Positions 21,640-31,970 of a stretch of 32,866 nt of DNA are shown piece by piece. The position numbers and the translations under genes are program-made. Positions within the stretch are counted from its first letter, which is position 1, and each line of letters begins with the position of its first letter. Below the pieces are notes generated by a model that worked only from the letters and a program-made list of their open reading frames with translations, made no database searches and had not been told where the DNA came from. The stretch comes from Octopus bimaculoides (Eukaryota): NCBI RefSeq assembly GCF_001194135.2, contig NC_068983.1, forward strand, positions 30,581,065 through 30,613,930, given 5' to 3'.

Positions 21640-22228
21640 AATAGTTAGTTGATGGCAACAGTGGAGGTGAGTGTTGCAAAAGCATTGTAGTCAAGGTAAG
21701 GATGAAGTGAAAAATGTTCAGGGAATTTATCTTTGTCAGTAACAAAGGACTTCTTTCTGCAAATGAAGAGTAGACTGTACAACACTTGTGTACAAAGTGT
21801 GATACAATATATGGTAGTGCTTATGGGCACTGTGCATGGGGATATGTAAAAGCTGAAAAGAAATGGAGTATGCTCCACTAGGTGCGTGAGAGTAACATGC
21901 AAGAACAGCAGAGCACAAGTGTGTTGGGTGAAAGACTCCAGCTTTAGAGGTATCAAGTGAGTTGTGCAGGAGGGAAAACTGTTCTGGCATGAATAAGTGA
22001 TGTGTATGAAGAATGCAAGTTGGGCGAAAACAATGTAAAATGAAACAAAGAGGAAGTTAAAAAGAAACACAAAGAAGACTTGGGAATTTGTGGTGAAATT
22101 TGATCTCAAAGTGTTGGACCGCACAAAGGTGATGACAAATGGCTGTGACAAGTGGGAAGATATTGTATAGAAACAGACCTGCTGAACTCATGCCAGCACG
22201 GAAAAGCAGACATAAAAATGATTATGAT
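21640..22228 (+). mobile_element. Highly decayed RTE LINE RT C-terminus ending in the family A tail
   Basis: LQMKSRLYNTCVQS...FRGIK*VVQEGKLFW parallels the 17395-17900 segment and ends ctcatgccagcacggaaaagcagacataaaaatgattatgat. Confidence 0.7.
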
Positions 22229-22329
22229 AGTTCTTAATCTCACAGAGGCAATGACAAGTGACCAAAACTGTTGGCAGTTTGCTATGCTTGAGAAGACACA
22301 TTATGCTTAGTGGAATTAAAGTCATGGCC

Positions 22330-22548
22330 AGTGCAGCAATGTGTAAAAGGCATCTGTGCCAGTGACACATTAAAGTCACCCGTGCTGGTGACATGTTAAA
22401 GGCACTCAGTGGAGTGGTTGGTGTTAGGAAGAGCATCCAGCTGTAGAAACCAAGCCTGGAGTTGCTTTCCAGCTGACCAGTTCCAGTCAAACTGTCTAAC
22501 TCATGCCAGCATGGAAAATAGGCACTAAATGATGATGATGATGATGAT
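22330..22548 (+). mobile_element. Older family A element
   Basis: gagtggttggtgttaggaagagcatccagctgtagaaac...catgccagcatggaaaa...(gat)n. Confidence 0.85.
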
Positions 22549-23211
22549 AAACCAGCAAGCTGGGTGTGACCTAATACATCTACCTCTCTTCTATTATCCC
22601 ATCTGTCTATCAACCCCAAATTCATACAAAAGTTGATACCAGCAGCAACCAACAAGTCATGGTTTCTTCCATTCCTTTCTCCTTTAAACATTCTTGAAGG
22701 ACCTGCAATGGATGTTCTCTTTCCTCTCTAATTAAGCCATAAAAGGAAATTTCTATACAAGAAAATAGAATGATTAAATAATGCTTCAAATGAAAAATAC
22801 CAAATTAAACTAAAAACATTGAGCTGCCAGATAGCTTTTAATTAAGCAGAGTTTGAATTTGTTGTAAACTGGTTTAGTTCTTTTGTTTGCACCCTTCAGG
22901 AATGGTAAAAAGATAAGCATTAGTAACTAACATAACAAGTATTGGAAACTTATCAATTTTTTTTGGTTTCAACAGCAACATGCTCTGTTCTAATTGATTT
23001 GTTGCTACAACCATGTCTGGTTTGTTGCACTTTCTCAATCAATACCATACTTAACCTAGCTAAGACAGACTGATAGCCAAACTAGATGGCACATTAGATT
23101 AGTGTTAACATATTTAATGTAGGGAACATTCAATGTATATTTAACTAGTAAATGTACATTTGCTGGAGTAGGAAAATAAAATTGTTTAGAGAATAAATGA
23201 TTCAGAGACAG

Positions 23212-23440
23212 TTAATTCTTTTAATATCAACCTGCTTGAGACTACTTCGGTTTTAAAGTCTTATTCAAATTAAAATCTTCCACCATGACTTAGAAATAAA
23301 AACCTCTTTTATGTTCCAAACACCACCATAATAGTGAAAAAATTATTTTACTAAATTCCCATCAATTTCTTGATTATTTAAAAAATTAATTGGAACACAT
23401 AATCTGTGTAATTCTTAAAAAATATAGTCACAAAAGGGTT
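23212..23440. mobile_element. Decayed piggyBac-type MITE, family P2
   Basis: ttaattcttttaatatcaa ... tatagtcacaaaagggtt; the interior resembles 12110-12326. Confidence 0.55.
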
Positions 23441-24322
23441 CAGTTAGTATTAACATATCCATTGCAGAGAGCCAAGACTGTGAGATAGTGAAACACATAG
23501 GGCTAACGAGTGACAAAAAAATCTTGTCCATATTGTCAATATGGGCCTAAAAGAAACCATCTGAATTTCAGTCAGATGTAGATGTGATTTTGATATAGAG
23601 GAGGAAAGATCTGTCTTGGTATAGTTTTATACACAAGATTTTATGGGAATTAACAGAAAAAAACAAAACAACAACTTTGGTTTATGATATGAAGTTTTAT
23701 GATATTTATGAAACTATAATGAACAAAGTTATAAGAATTGTGTAAACAGTAAAATAATAATGGAGAAACGCAAGTAAATGATGGCAGCAAGGGAAAATAA
23801 ATAATGATGAGAATGGTAATTCTTTTAGGCTGAGTAAACCACCTTTTATAAAACAGACACATTTCTCTATTTTAGTGGCATGTATTCCTGTCATTGGATC
23901 AATGGAACTGTTTATTCATTGATTATAATGCAAATGGCAAAGTATTTCAGACAGTGGTACCATTGACATAATACCAAAGCAGAATCAGTGACACATTATA
24001 TGATTTGACTGGCTGATTATTTAATATCATTCACAAGATTCAGGCTGACTCAAGGCCATGAAATAAAAGACACTTGTTCAAGGAACTTTGCAGCAAAATC
24101 AAAAGCAAAACTTTTTGATTCAGAAGATTCTTAACTGTATTATGCTCTTGGAACATAATACAATGATAAATACAGAAAGGATATGCCAAGACAAAACTCA
24201 CAAAAGGGACCACTGTAAACCTGAAAAACAGATTGTTGACTATGGTGGTGGTGATGATGATGATGATGACAACAATAACAGGTGACAATGACAAAATTTT
24301 ACAAAAGAATTAGGACAACTAC

Positions 24323-24443
24323 CTGGATCTGCTTTGCTACATTTGTGCAACCATGTGTATTTTGTCATAATTTGCCGATAAAGATCCTGACCATAACTTT
24401 CAAAAGCAGTTGTCCCCAACAGTTTCACATTATCTTCAAATTC
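24323..24443 (-). CDS. NHEJ1: NHEJ1/XLF exon (phase 0 to 1): EFEDNVKLLGTTAFESYGQDLYRQIMTKYTWLHKCSKADP
   Basis: tgcag|GAA ... CCAG|gtagtt, 121 nt. AFESYGQDLY aligns to human PFVMNLQDLY (recalled sequence). Confidence 0.88.
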
Positions 24444-24829
24444 CTGCATTTTTCAAAGAAAAAAGAAAGAAAGAAATAACAATAAAACAAAATAATTAAG
24501 CTTCATCAATTAATCAAAGACAAAAAAAATGAGGCAATGCAGTTGGAACATTAAACATCAATAACAACAATAACAAACATAAGTACTGTTACCTTGGAAA
24601 TATTTAATAAGACTTGATATTACATGTAAAATGATCCTTTCCAATGGTATTAAAGCAACTGGAAGGAAACATGACTGTTTGGTTAGCATATGAGTCCTGC
24701 ATAACTATAACCAAAAGATCTCATATGCAGAGATGAAGAATTTTCGGCTGTGGATTAAGTTCCATGGACTGTGATGAATACAAGGAATTGGACCAGGTAT
24801 TGTCAGATACAGTGACTGAAAGAAGTGGC

Positions 24830-25080
24830 TATAGTAGCCACTGCAGCTCATTCAATTTCAACCAGTTGTGGAAGGTTGATTTATGTCTTTTGATCTGAAT
24901 GGCTTCTTTAATCTGTAGGTTACCAACTATACTGCCTGTAGCTTTGACAGTGACTGCCCTATCTTTATTTATGTTCCTAAATTTATCAAAGTGTTTCATG
25001 AACAATGATGTCCATCTAGAGATGTTTCTTGATTCTGTTGCATTACAGCCAAGTAGCATTGGCTATGTGATATTCATGAC
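24830..25080 (-). mobile_element. Decayed Penelope-like element, GIY-YIG endonuclease C-terminal part
   Basis: Across frames: GCNA / TRIKKHL / SLFMKHF / LQIKEAIQIKRHK. These match the C..C..RIKEH..KH..KIKEAI.I pattern of PLE GIY-YIG domains. The YIG motif itself appears deleted. Confidence 0.55.
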
Positions 25081-25425
25081 TGAACCTGGTACACACATAG
25101 CAGATGGGGTAGTTGGCCACAATGTATAGGTTTGTCATTGGAGAGTTACTTCTGAGATGAACATTTCCATAGGGAAAGTCAGTGATCAGTTGCATATCCA
25201 GCTCTTCTTTATGGATAGCCTTGTAGGAAACAGAAGAGATAGTCCAGGGTCAAGAAAAGTGGAGAAAAGTTGTCTTCTATGGGCTATATTCAAATTGGGA
25301 ATGAAGGGCTTAAGTAAGAAACTCTATGTCCTGGCAAAAAAGACAGGGTTGTAACAACTGGAATGTTTCTGATCATAGGGTTAGCTTGATCAGGACTCCT
25401 TGGGTTAAAATAACAATCCACTCAC

Positions 25426-25487
25426 CTTTGATAGCACCATATTGTTTCCAAAGGATGTTTCATCAAAGTAGACAGTTGCTAATTGCT
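25426..25487 (-). CDS. NHEJ1: NHEJ1/XLF exon (phase 1 to 0): KQLATVYFDETSFGNNMVLSK
   Basis: atcatttcag|AG ... AAG|gtgagt, 62 nt. Aligns to human DRLKTEPFEENSF (recalled sequence). Confidence 0.88.
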
Positions 25488-25652
25488 CTGAAATGATGAT
25501 ATAAAAATATTAATATTAGAAGATTTAATTTTTACCCAAATAGTGAAGAATAACAGAACACAGTTTGTCAATGTATCAATCTATAACAGGAACTCTGTTC
25601 AAAAAGAACAATTTAAAAACTGCTTCTTGTTGATGTGTACATCTTTTGCCTA

Positions 25653-25846
25653 TGTATATATATATATATATATACAGATATATATATATATATACATACA
25701 GATATATATATATATATACATACAGATATATATATATATATATATACATACAGATATATATATATATATATATATACATACAGNNNNNNNNNNNNNNNNN
25801 NNNNNNNNNNNNNNNNNNNNNNNNNNNNNNNNNNNNNNNNNNNNNN

Positions 25847-25892
<46 letters not shown>
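25653..25892. repeat. Compound (TA)n-CATACAGA higher-order microsatellite and (TA)n, with N gap 25784-25846
   Basis: Units of about 24-30 bp: (TA)n CATACAGA. Confidence 0.95.
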
Positions 25893-25895
<3 letters not shown>

Positions 25896-26050
25896 GAGAA
25901 TGTACGAAAAAAACAACAACAGACGAGGACAGGTGGTGTAAACAACAAAAGGATGTATTAGTATGACGCTCGGGAATACGGAAAGTCTTTAACGTTTCGA
26001 GCTACGCTCTTCAACAGAAAGAATACGGAGAAAACAAGGAGAAAAAAAAT
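25893..26050 (-). mobile_element. Penelope-type terminal repeat fragment with a hammerhead-like core
   Basis: Minus strand reads ctttctgTTGAAGAgcgtagctCGAAACGTTaaagactttc, CpG-rich and adjacent to (TA)n. The family assignment is inferred. Confidence 0.45.
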
Positions 26051-26330
26051 TGAATGGTGTTGGTCAACGGTCTATCATAGCTTCTGCTGACTGGGAAGAA
26101 ATAAGTGATATAGGATATAGATATCCACTTCATACAGCTCAACTGAGTAGCGCTCGGATAGAGCTTCAGGAATATAAAATTAAGGAGGGGAGAAAACAAA
26201 TTCAAAGGCTGATGTATATATTCATTCAATCCATATATTTATATATTTACATTTATAAATTTTTATACGTTTGTAAATTTTTATATGTGTATGAATTTTT
26301 ATATATTTACAAATTTTCATGTATATGTAT

Positions 26331-27722
26331 GTGGGCTATGACCCTCTCCATGACTTTCGATCCAACAATTTGATATCTCTGTAATTATTCGTATCTAATG
26401 CATCACCTTAACCTTTGTAGCAGTTGACTATGGTGCTGCTACACCAGTCATTGGGTATGATTTCTTCATGTATCACCTGATTGACTATACAGGTGACTAG
26501 ACTATAGCCGACACCACCAGATATTTTAAGCATTTCTGCGGTGATTCCTGGTGGGCCGGGGGCTTTCCCTGTCTTCATACCCTTAATTGCTTTATCTACC
26601 AAGGTACTGTCAATTCGGATAGCTGGTCTCTTGGTTGGGTCGACATTCGGTAGACTTTCTTTCTCCCATTCATTCTCTTCATTTAGCAACCTTTCATAGT
26701 GATGTCTCCAAGTCTCTCTCCTTGCAGCCTCATTGAATGCAAGTGAGCCATCATTCATGCAGACACATTTCTCTCTTATGACATCACGATTCTCTCTCAC
26801 ACACTGTCTTGCAACACGAGCCACCTCAAGTCTTTGGTCCTCATGACCCATAACATTGGCAAATTTTTTTCTGGCTAAGTAAACCTGTCTCCTAGCTTCC
26901 CTTCTGGCAATCTGATACAATTCCCTGCTACCACCATTCTTCCAGTCTTTCCAAGCCTGCTTCTTTTCCCTAATGGCCCTGTCAATTACATTGTTCCACC
27001 ACCATGTTACCTTGGGTTGAGATGGGACTTTGCACCATCCACAGATCTGGTCAGTAGCCCTCAACAGGTTGTCCCATACAAACCTCCAGTTATCTTCCAC
27101 ATCATGTGATGCTATATCCCCCTCTATTTTGTCAAAAGCTTTGAATAACACGTTTCTAAATCTCTGTCCATTTGCAGGATCCTTAAGCTTCCAGACCCTT
27201 CTTCTCCATGCTGGTCATCTTCTGGGTATCCATTTAGCCCCGATCCTGAAGTCGCTAACTACTAATCCATGTTGTGGGGTGCATTCTTCACCTAAGAAGG
27301 TTTTGGCATTTATAAGTAGCCATTTTTACCGTTTCCTGGTGAGGATGTAACCAATTTGACTAGTGTATCTACTAGATCGGTAGGTGACTGGCAGGTTTCC
27401 TGAAGTTAGTATTGCAGACCATAAGGTCATTTGCATCACAGAATCCAGCAGCCTGGTTCCCTCCTCATTGCGGGAACCAAAACCATAGCCTCCATGTATG
27501 CCATGGAAGACTCCTGCATGTTGTCCAACATGCCCATTGAAGTCACCAGCTACAAAGAGAAGGTCTCTGTCATTCGTCGTCGAGGTAATCTGCAAGAGGG
27601 TGTCATAAAATCGGTCTTTCTGTTCATCAGGTAGCCCCAGCTGAGGGGCATAGGACGAGATAATGATTGCTAAACCATGTTGCAGCACTAATCTAATCTT
27701 AAGTATTTTATCACAGGTTCTG
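26331..27722 (-). mobile_element. RTE-clade LINE fragment: APE endonuclease C-half, linker and start of RT
   Basis: SSYAPQLGLPDEQKDRFY...VAGDFNGHVG (APE), then WWWNNVIDRAIREKK...KAPGPPGITAEMLK...IPNDWCSSTIVNCYKG*GDALDTNNYRDIKL. Frameshifts and stops are present and both ends are truncated. Confidence 0.95.
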
Positions 27723-27913
27723 ACAAGAAACTTATTTAATTACAAATAAACTATGAATTAATATCAAAGTTTACAACATGCAATTATTCTTGCAAGTTTG
27801 AGAAGCATTAAATTAATGACTGACAGGTTGAAGGAGCTTGTGGTTCCTTGCTTTCTCAGTTTGGTCTAAGATATAGCAGTTAAAATGACAAAAAAATATT
27901 TAAAATGATTTAC

Positions 27914-28052
27914 TTTGATTAAGTTTAACAGACTGGGCTCTGTAATCCTCAATTTCTAAATCCTTTTTGGAAATAATATGAATAAGTTCTCTCTGGCGAC
28001 GATTCAACTCGGACACCATCATTAAAAGTGGAATAGTCATGTTCTCAGAGAC
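27914..28052 (-). CDS. NHEJ1: NHEJ1/XLF coiled-coil exon (phase 0 to 1): VSENMTIPLLMMVSELNRRQRELIHIISKKDLEIEDYRAQSVKLNQ
   Basis: cttgtcatcag|GTC ... CAAA|gtaaat, 139 nt. Aligns to human VSQHLIRPL...RELATLLHMKDLEIQDY (recalled sequence). Confidence 0.93.
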
Positions 28053-28297
28053 CTGATGACAAGGGAAAAATAGAAAGAAAACTAAAATAACAAAATAGTT
28101 GAAAAATTTAGAAGCAAAATTATTTTATTTACTTTCAGAATATTTTTCATCACAAATATATAAAAAGGCTTAGAAGCTGACTTAGACTAAAATACACACT
28201 AGAAAGTCTGCATTTCTGATAAATGAATTCTTTATTAACTCATCCAAGAAAAATAAATAAATAAATAACTGTAACAAAGAAAATTGATAAAAATTAC

Positions 28298-28492
28298 CAT
28301 TTCTTCATGTGCTGGTTCTCCAATCAATTGCCAAGTGAAAGGGAACCTAGAAAGTTTGGAATTAATCCATATATGCATAGTTCCTTTGTCATCTTTGGAA
28401 ATTCTCAAATTGTCAGACGGATTTTTATCTATATTCAGTTTAATATGCTCAAGAATTTTAGAAATTGGAGCTTCTAGATTGGGATTAAGTTC
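28298..28492 (-). CDS. NHEJ1: NHEJ1/XLF head-domain exon (phase 0 to 0): ELNPNLEAPISKILEHIKLNIDKNPSDNLRISKDDKGTMHIWINSKLSRFPFTWQLIGEPAHEEM
   Basis: ttgttttag|GAA ... ATG|gtaatt, 195 nt. ELNPNLEAP resembles human ELNKRLTAP and SKLSRFPFTW resembles SELSGLPFYW (recalled sequence). Confidence 0.93.
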
Positions 28493-29266
28493 CTAAAACA
28501 AAGTAAAATAAATTAGAAAATATAGTATCATTTCATAATAAATAAAACTGAGATAAAATTATAACTACATCAATAAATCAGAGTGAAGCATGAATTTATA
28601 TTAAAGTTCCTAGGTACGTTTCACCATTATGGTTGTTTGGAGGCCTGCGATAGAATGAAATATACTAAGAATACATGGTTAATAAGCTCAATTTGAATCT
28701 CTATGGAATCCTTTTCTTACAACAGTCATCTAAATTTCTCAGTCAATAAAGAAAAAAAGCAGAAACTATGGATACTGCAGCTCTTCACAATTACACATAT
28801 AAAGAAATAGCCAACTGTGAAGATAATTCTTTCTGCTTTTATTTTTTTATACTGAATGACTGCAGTACTTCTTTTGGGTAGCCTACCATTGCTTTCTCCA
28901 CTTTTCTTCTATGGAACCAGAGTTATCATGAAGTGTGTCATCCAAATGCTGATTTATGATGTGATGGATATTTACTTCCATTGATCTATAAGTATTTGTT
29001 CATTCAGTTATTCATTTAGCATTCTCCCCCCCCCCCCCATGGATTAGATGGGGAGTTATTAGAGGCAAGATATTATAGCCTAATGCACTTCTTGTCACCA
29101 GTCCTCCTCTGTTTTTCAAATAAAAGGTTTTTTTTTTTATTAGCAGTCTTTTAAAGAGCAGAACAATAGGTCATAATGTCAACATCATCATTTCACTTGA
29201 GTGGCAACAAGAATGGAATATGAACAATATTAACAATGCACACACACACACATATGTATGTATGTA

Positions 29267-29475
29267 TATAGGGTGTCCATAAATTGTGTTTACAACTTCC
29301 ACAATTTATCATCAAGCTATGTTGCATACAACCACTGGAGCCTATGTGGAAGTATTCTGATTTTTCTAATAAAAGTTGTTTTGTGTGCCTGTGTTTTCCA
29401 ATAAACTCTAAGTTATCCTTACTTTTCTTATTTCTCTGAACTTTTGAAATTGTAAAGGTAATTGGATATTCTATA
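29267..29475. mobile_element. Decayed Tc1/mariner-type MITE
   Basis: tatagggtgtccataaattgtgtttacaacttc versus the reverse complement of the right end, tatagaatatccaattacctttacaatttc; TA flanks. Confidence 0.45.
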
Positions 29476-30211
29476 CACACACACACAAAGCTTCCTGCAG
29501 TTTCCATCCATCAAATTCACAATCAGCCCAGTGATTATCCAAAGTAGAATGCAATGGGACTGAACCCAAAACTATATGGTTGCTTGGCAAACTTTTTAAC
29601 CACATGCCCATACCTACAGCAGTGACTGTGACCATTTTTCAAGCTCTCTGAATGGTGGCAGGAAGTTATGCACAGAGCAGAAAGCTAGCTTGAATACTTG
29701 TAACAGAGTAGACTCCACTAAAGGCAATCAGGGGCCAAATGGTGATGTTAAACTGAATGATAGATGAAGTTTACCACCCATGAAAAGAAACAATCCCTCT
29801 GATGAGCTACCATACAGTTTCCATCTATTCTGTTCCACTCACAATGAATTTGTCACCCCAAGGCCATAATAAGTGTCATACAGTGGAATTGAATCCACAC
29901 CCCGTGGATGTAAAATAAACTTAACCAAACAGTCATGTTTAATCTGTGATCTAGTTACTGTGTAGCTTCATCCAGCAGTGACTTCAACAGCATATAAACA
30001 ATTGACAGATTTATGAGCAGGAGCCTAAAGATATAACATGCAAGAGACACACACAAACCAACTTTTATATGGTTGCTCAACCTGCTAAGAGCAGCAGCTA
30101 CTGCCATCATAAATAAGGGTACAACACAGTGAGAAATGTATTCCTAGACATACATTAAATGAATGTGATGGCCATGACAGAATAGGCTAAACAACAATAA
30201 CATGCAGGAGA

Positions 30212-30390
30212 ATCATCATCATCATCATCATCGTCATCATCGTCGTTTAACGTCTGCTTTCCATGCTAGCATGGGTTGGACGATTTGACTGAGGACTGGT
30301 GGACCAAGTGGCTACATGAGGCTCCAATCTGATTTGGCAGAGTTTCTACAGCTGGATGCCCTTCTTAACACCAACCACTCCGAGAGTGTA
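30212..30390 (-). mobile_element. Short young family A copy
   Basis: (cat)n tail through ccactccgagagtgta. Confidence 0.88.
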
Positions 30391-30639
30391 GAATATACTC
30401 CATTTATATGTAGAAATATACTGCACCCACCATTGTAGTTTTTGTAGATACAAGGTACAGTGTGAGAGTGTCGGCAAGTTGCTTATAAAGCACACAGTGT
30501 GGGTCAAGAGATCTAGTCACTGTTGCAGCTGATCTTCAGTGTATTTATATTATTTTTTCACACGTTTAACTAGCAGCAGTAACAGGTTATTCTAATGCAG
30601 ACAGTGACTGACACATTTTATATTGAGTCTTTTTTTACC

Positions 30640-30882
30640 TGTGCTGGTGCCATGTAAAAAACACACACTGGTTCCATGTAAAAACACCTGTGATGGCGCC
30701 ATGTAAAAAGCACTCAGCACACTCTGTAAAATGGTTGGCATTAGGAAGGGCATCCAGCAATAGAGATCATACCAAAACAGATAATGGGGGACTGGTGCAA
30801 GCCTTCGGCTTGCCAGCTTCTCCAGTCAAACCATCCAACCGATGCCAGCATGGAAAATGGATGTTAAATGATGATAATGATG
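30640..30882 (+). mobile_element. Older family A element with three short gtgccatgtaaaaa(g)cac units
   Basis: The units are followed by ggttggcattaggaagggcatccagc and the tail. Confidence 0.85.
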
Positions 30883-31417
30883 GTCAAAGGGCAGGGATTA
30901 CAGAATTAGTAGAGTGCATTAGTACTTTAAGCTCTGAAATCACATTCCACTAGGGTTGACTATCTTTTATCCCTGTAAGTTTGGGAGATTAAATATCAAC
31001 TGACTGGGGATTATTGGATTTACTACAAAAATGGCTGTGAGGCTAAGAAGTTTGCATTACAACCATGTATTTCTCAGTTTGCTCTCACCATACAACACAG
31101 TCTTCTACTGTAACCTTGTGTTGACCAATACTTTGTGTGTAAATTCTCTGCTCTTTACTTTCTGAGTTCACAATCCACTGAAGTCAACTTTATCACCACC
31201 CCACACTTGAGGGTCGATAAAATAAAGTATCAATTGAGTACTAAGATTGATTCCTCTTTCCCTTTCTCTCTCTGAATCAGCTATCTCCAACAAAGATGCT
31301 AGCTAGTCCCAAAAGAGGATTCAGCTAAGGATCAGCAACCTGTTATTACAGTAATAAACCAAAGAAAACATTTGCAGCTCTGAGGCAGAAATGGTGGTTG
31401 TGGATGGAGAAAGGGTA

Positions 31418-31723
31418 GTGGCACGTGAAAAGACATTCGAGCGAGTTCGTTGCCAGTACCGTTGGACTGGCTCCTGTGCAGGTGGCACGTAAAATACACC
31501 ATTTCGAGCGTGGCCGTTGCCAGTACCTCCTGACTGGCCTTCGTGTCGGTGGCACATAAAAGCACCCACTACACTCTCGGAATGGTTGGCGTTAGGAAGA
31601 GCACCCAGCTGTAGAAACTCTGCCAAATCAGATTGGAGTCTGGTGTAGCCATCTGGTTCACCAGTCAAATCGTCCAACCCATGCTAGCATGGAAAGCGGA
31701 CGTTAAACAATGATGATGATGAT
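31418..31723 (+). mobile_element. Long young family A element with internal ~60-bp units
   Basis: Inverse homologue of 10577-11003. Confidence 0.88.
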
Positions 31724-31732
31724 ATATCTACA

Positions 31733-31970
31733 TACATGGGGTGAGTCAAAAGTAGTGCTCAATTCCTGTTTTAGGTTTGATATGTACGACTTCCCAACTG
31801 GGAGATAATTTTGACTCTTAATTCTTGTTTCACAGGTTGGGATATCAAAGAGTATTAACAACATGATCCAGATTTAGTAACTTTCAAAAAACTGTCAGTA
31901 ATAACCTGCAGAGCAACAAAGAAAGGCATGGCTTCTCAGAGACCAGGTGCTACTTTTGACTCACCCTGTA
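31733..31970. mobile_element. Tc1/mariner-type MITE
   Basis: TA|CA(T)GGGGTGAGTCAAAAGTAG ... CTACTTTTGACTCACCCTG|TA, an ~19-bp TIR with TA TSD. Confidence 0.85.

Noticed and set aside
22590-22705. Possible extra phase-1 exon (GPSRMFKGERNG...)
   Set aside because: The sequence before the AG is purine-rich with no pyrimidine tract, and the peptide is not recognisable.
25543-25966. Long YI/IY-repeat ORFs (also 4639-5071, 6620-6937, 19847-20065, 20384-20736) and poly-X ORFs
   Set aside because: These are translations of (TA)n/(TG)n microsatellites or N gaps.
17393-27722. Two minus-strand RTE fragments as one element split by a 7.5-kb insertion
   Set aside because: They overlap in the IVNQVI...NYRGI region with different sequence, and NHEJ1 exons lie between them, so they are independent insertions.
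28284-28496. Plus-strand 70-aa ORF
   Set aside because: It is the antisense shadow of the NHEJ1 exon 28298-28492.
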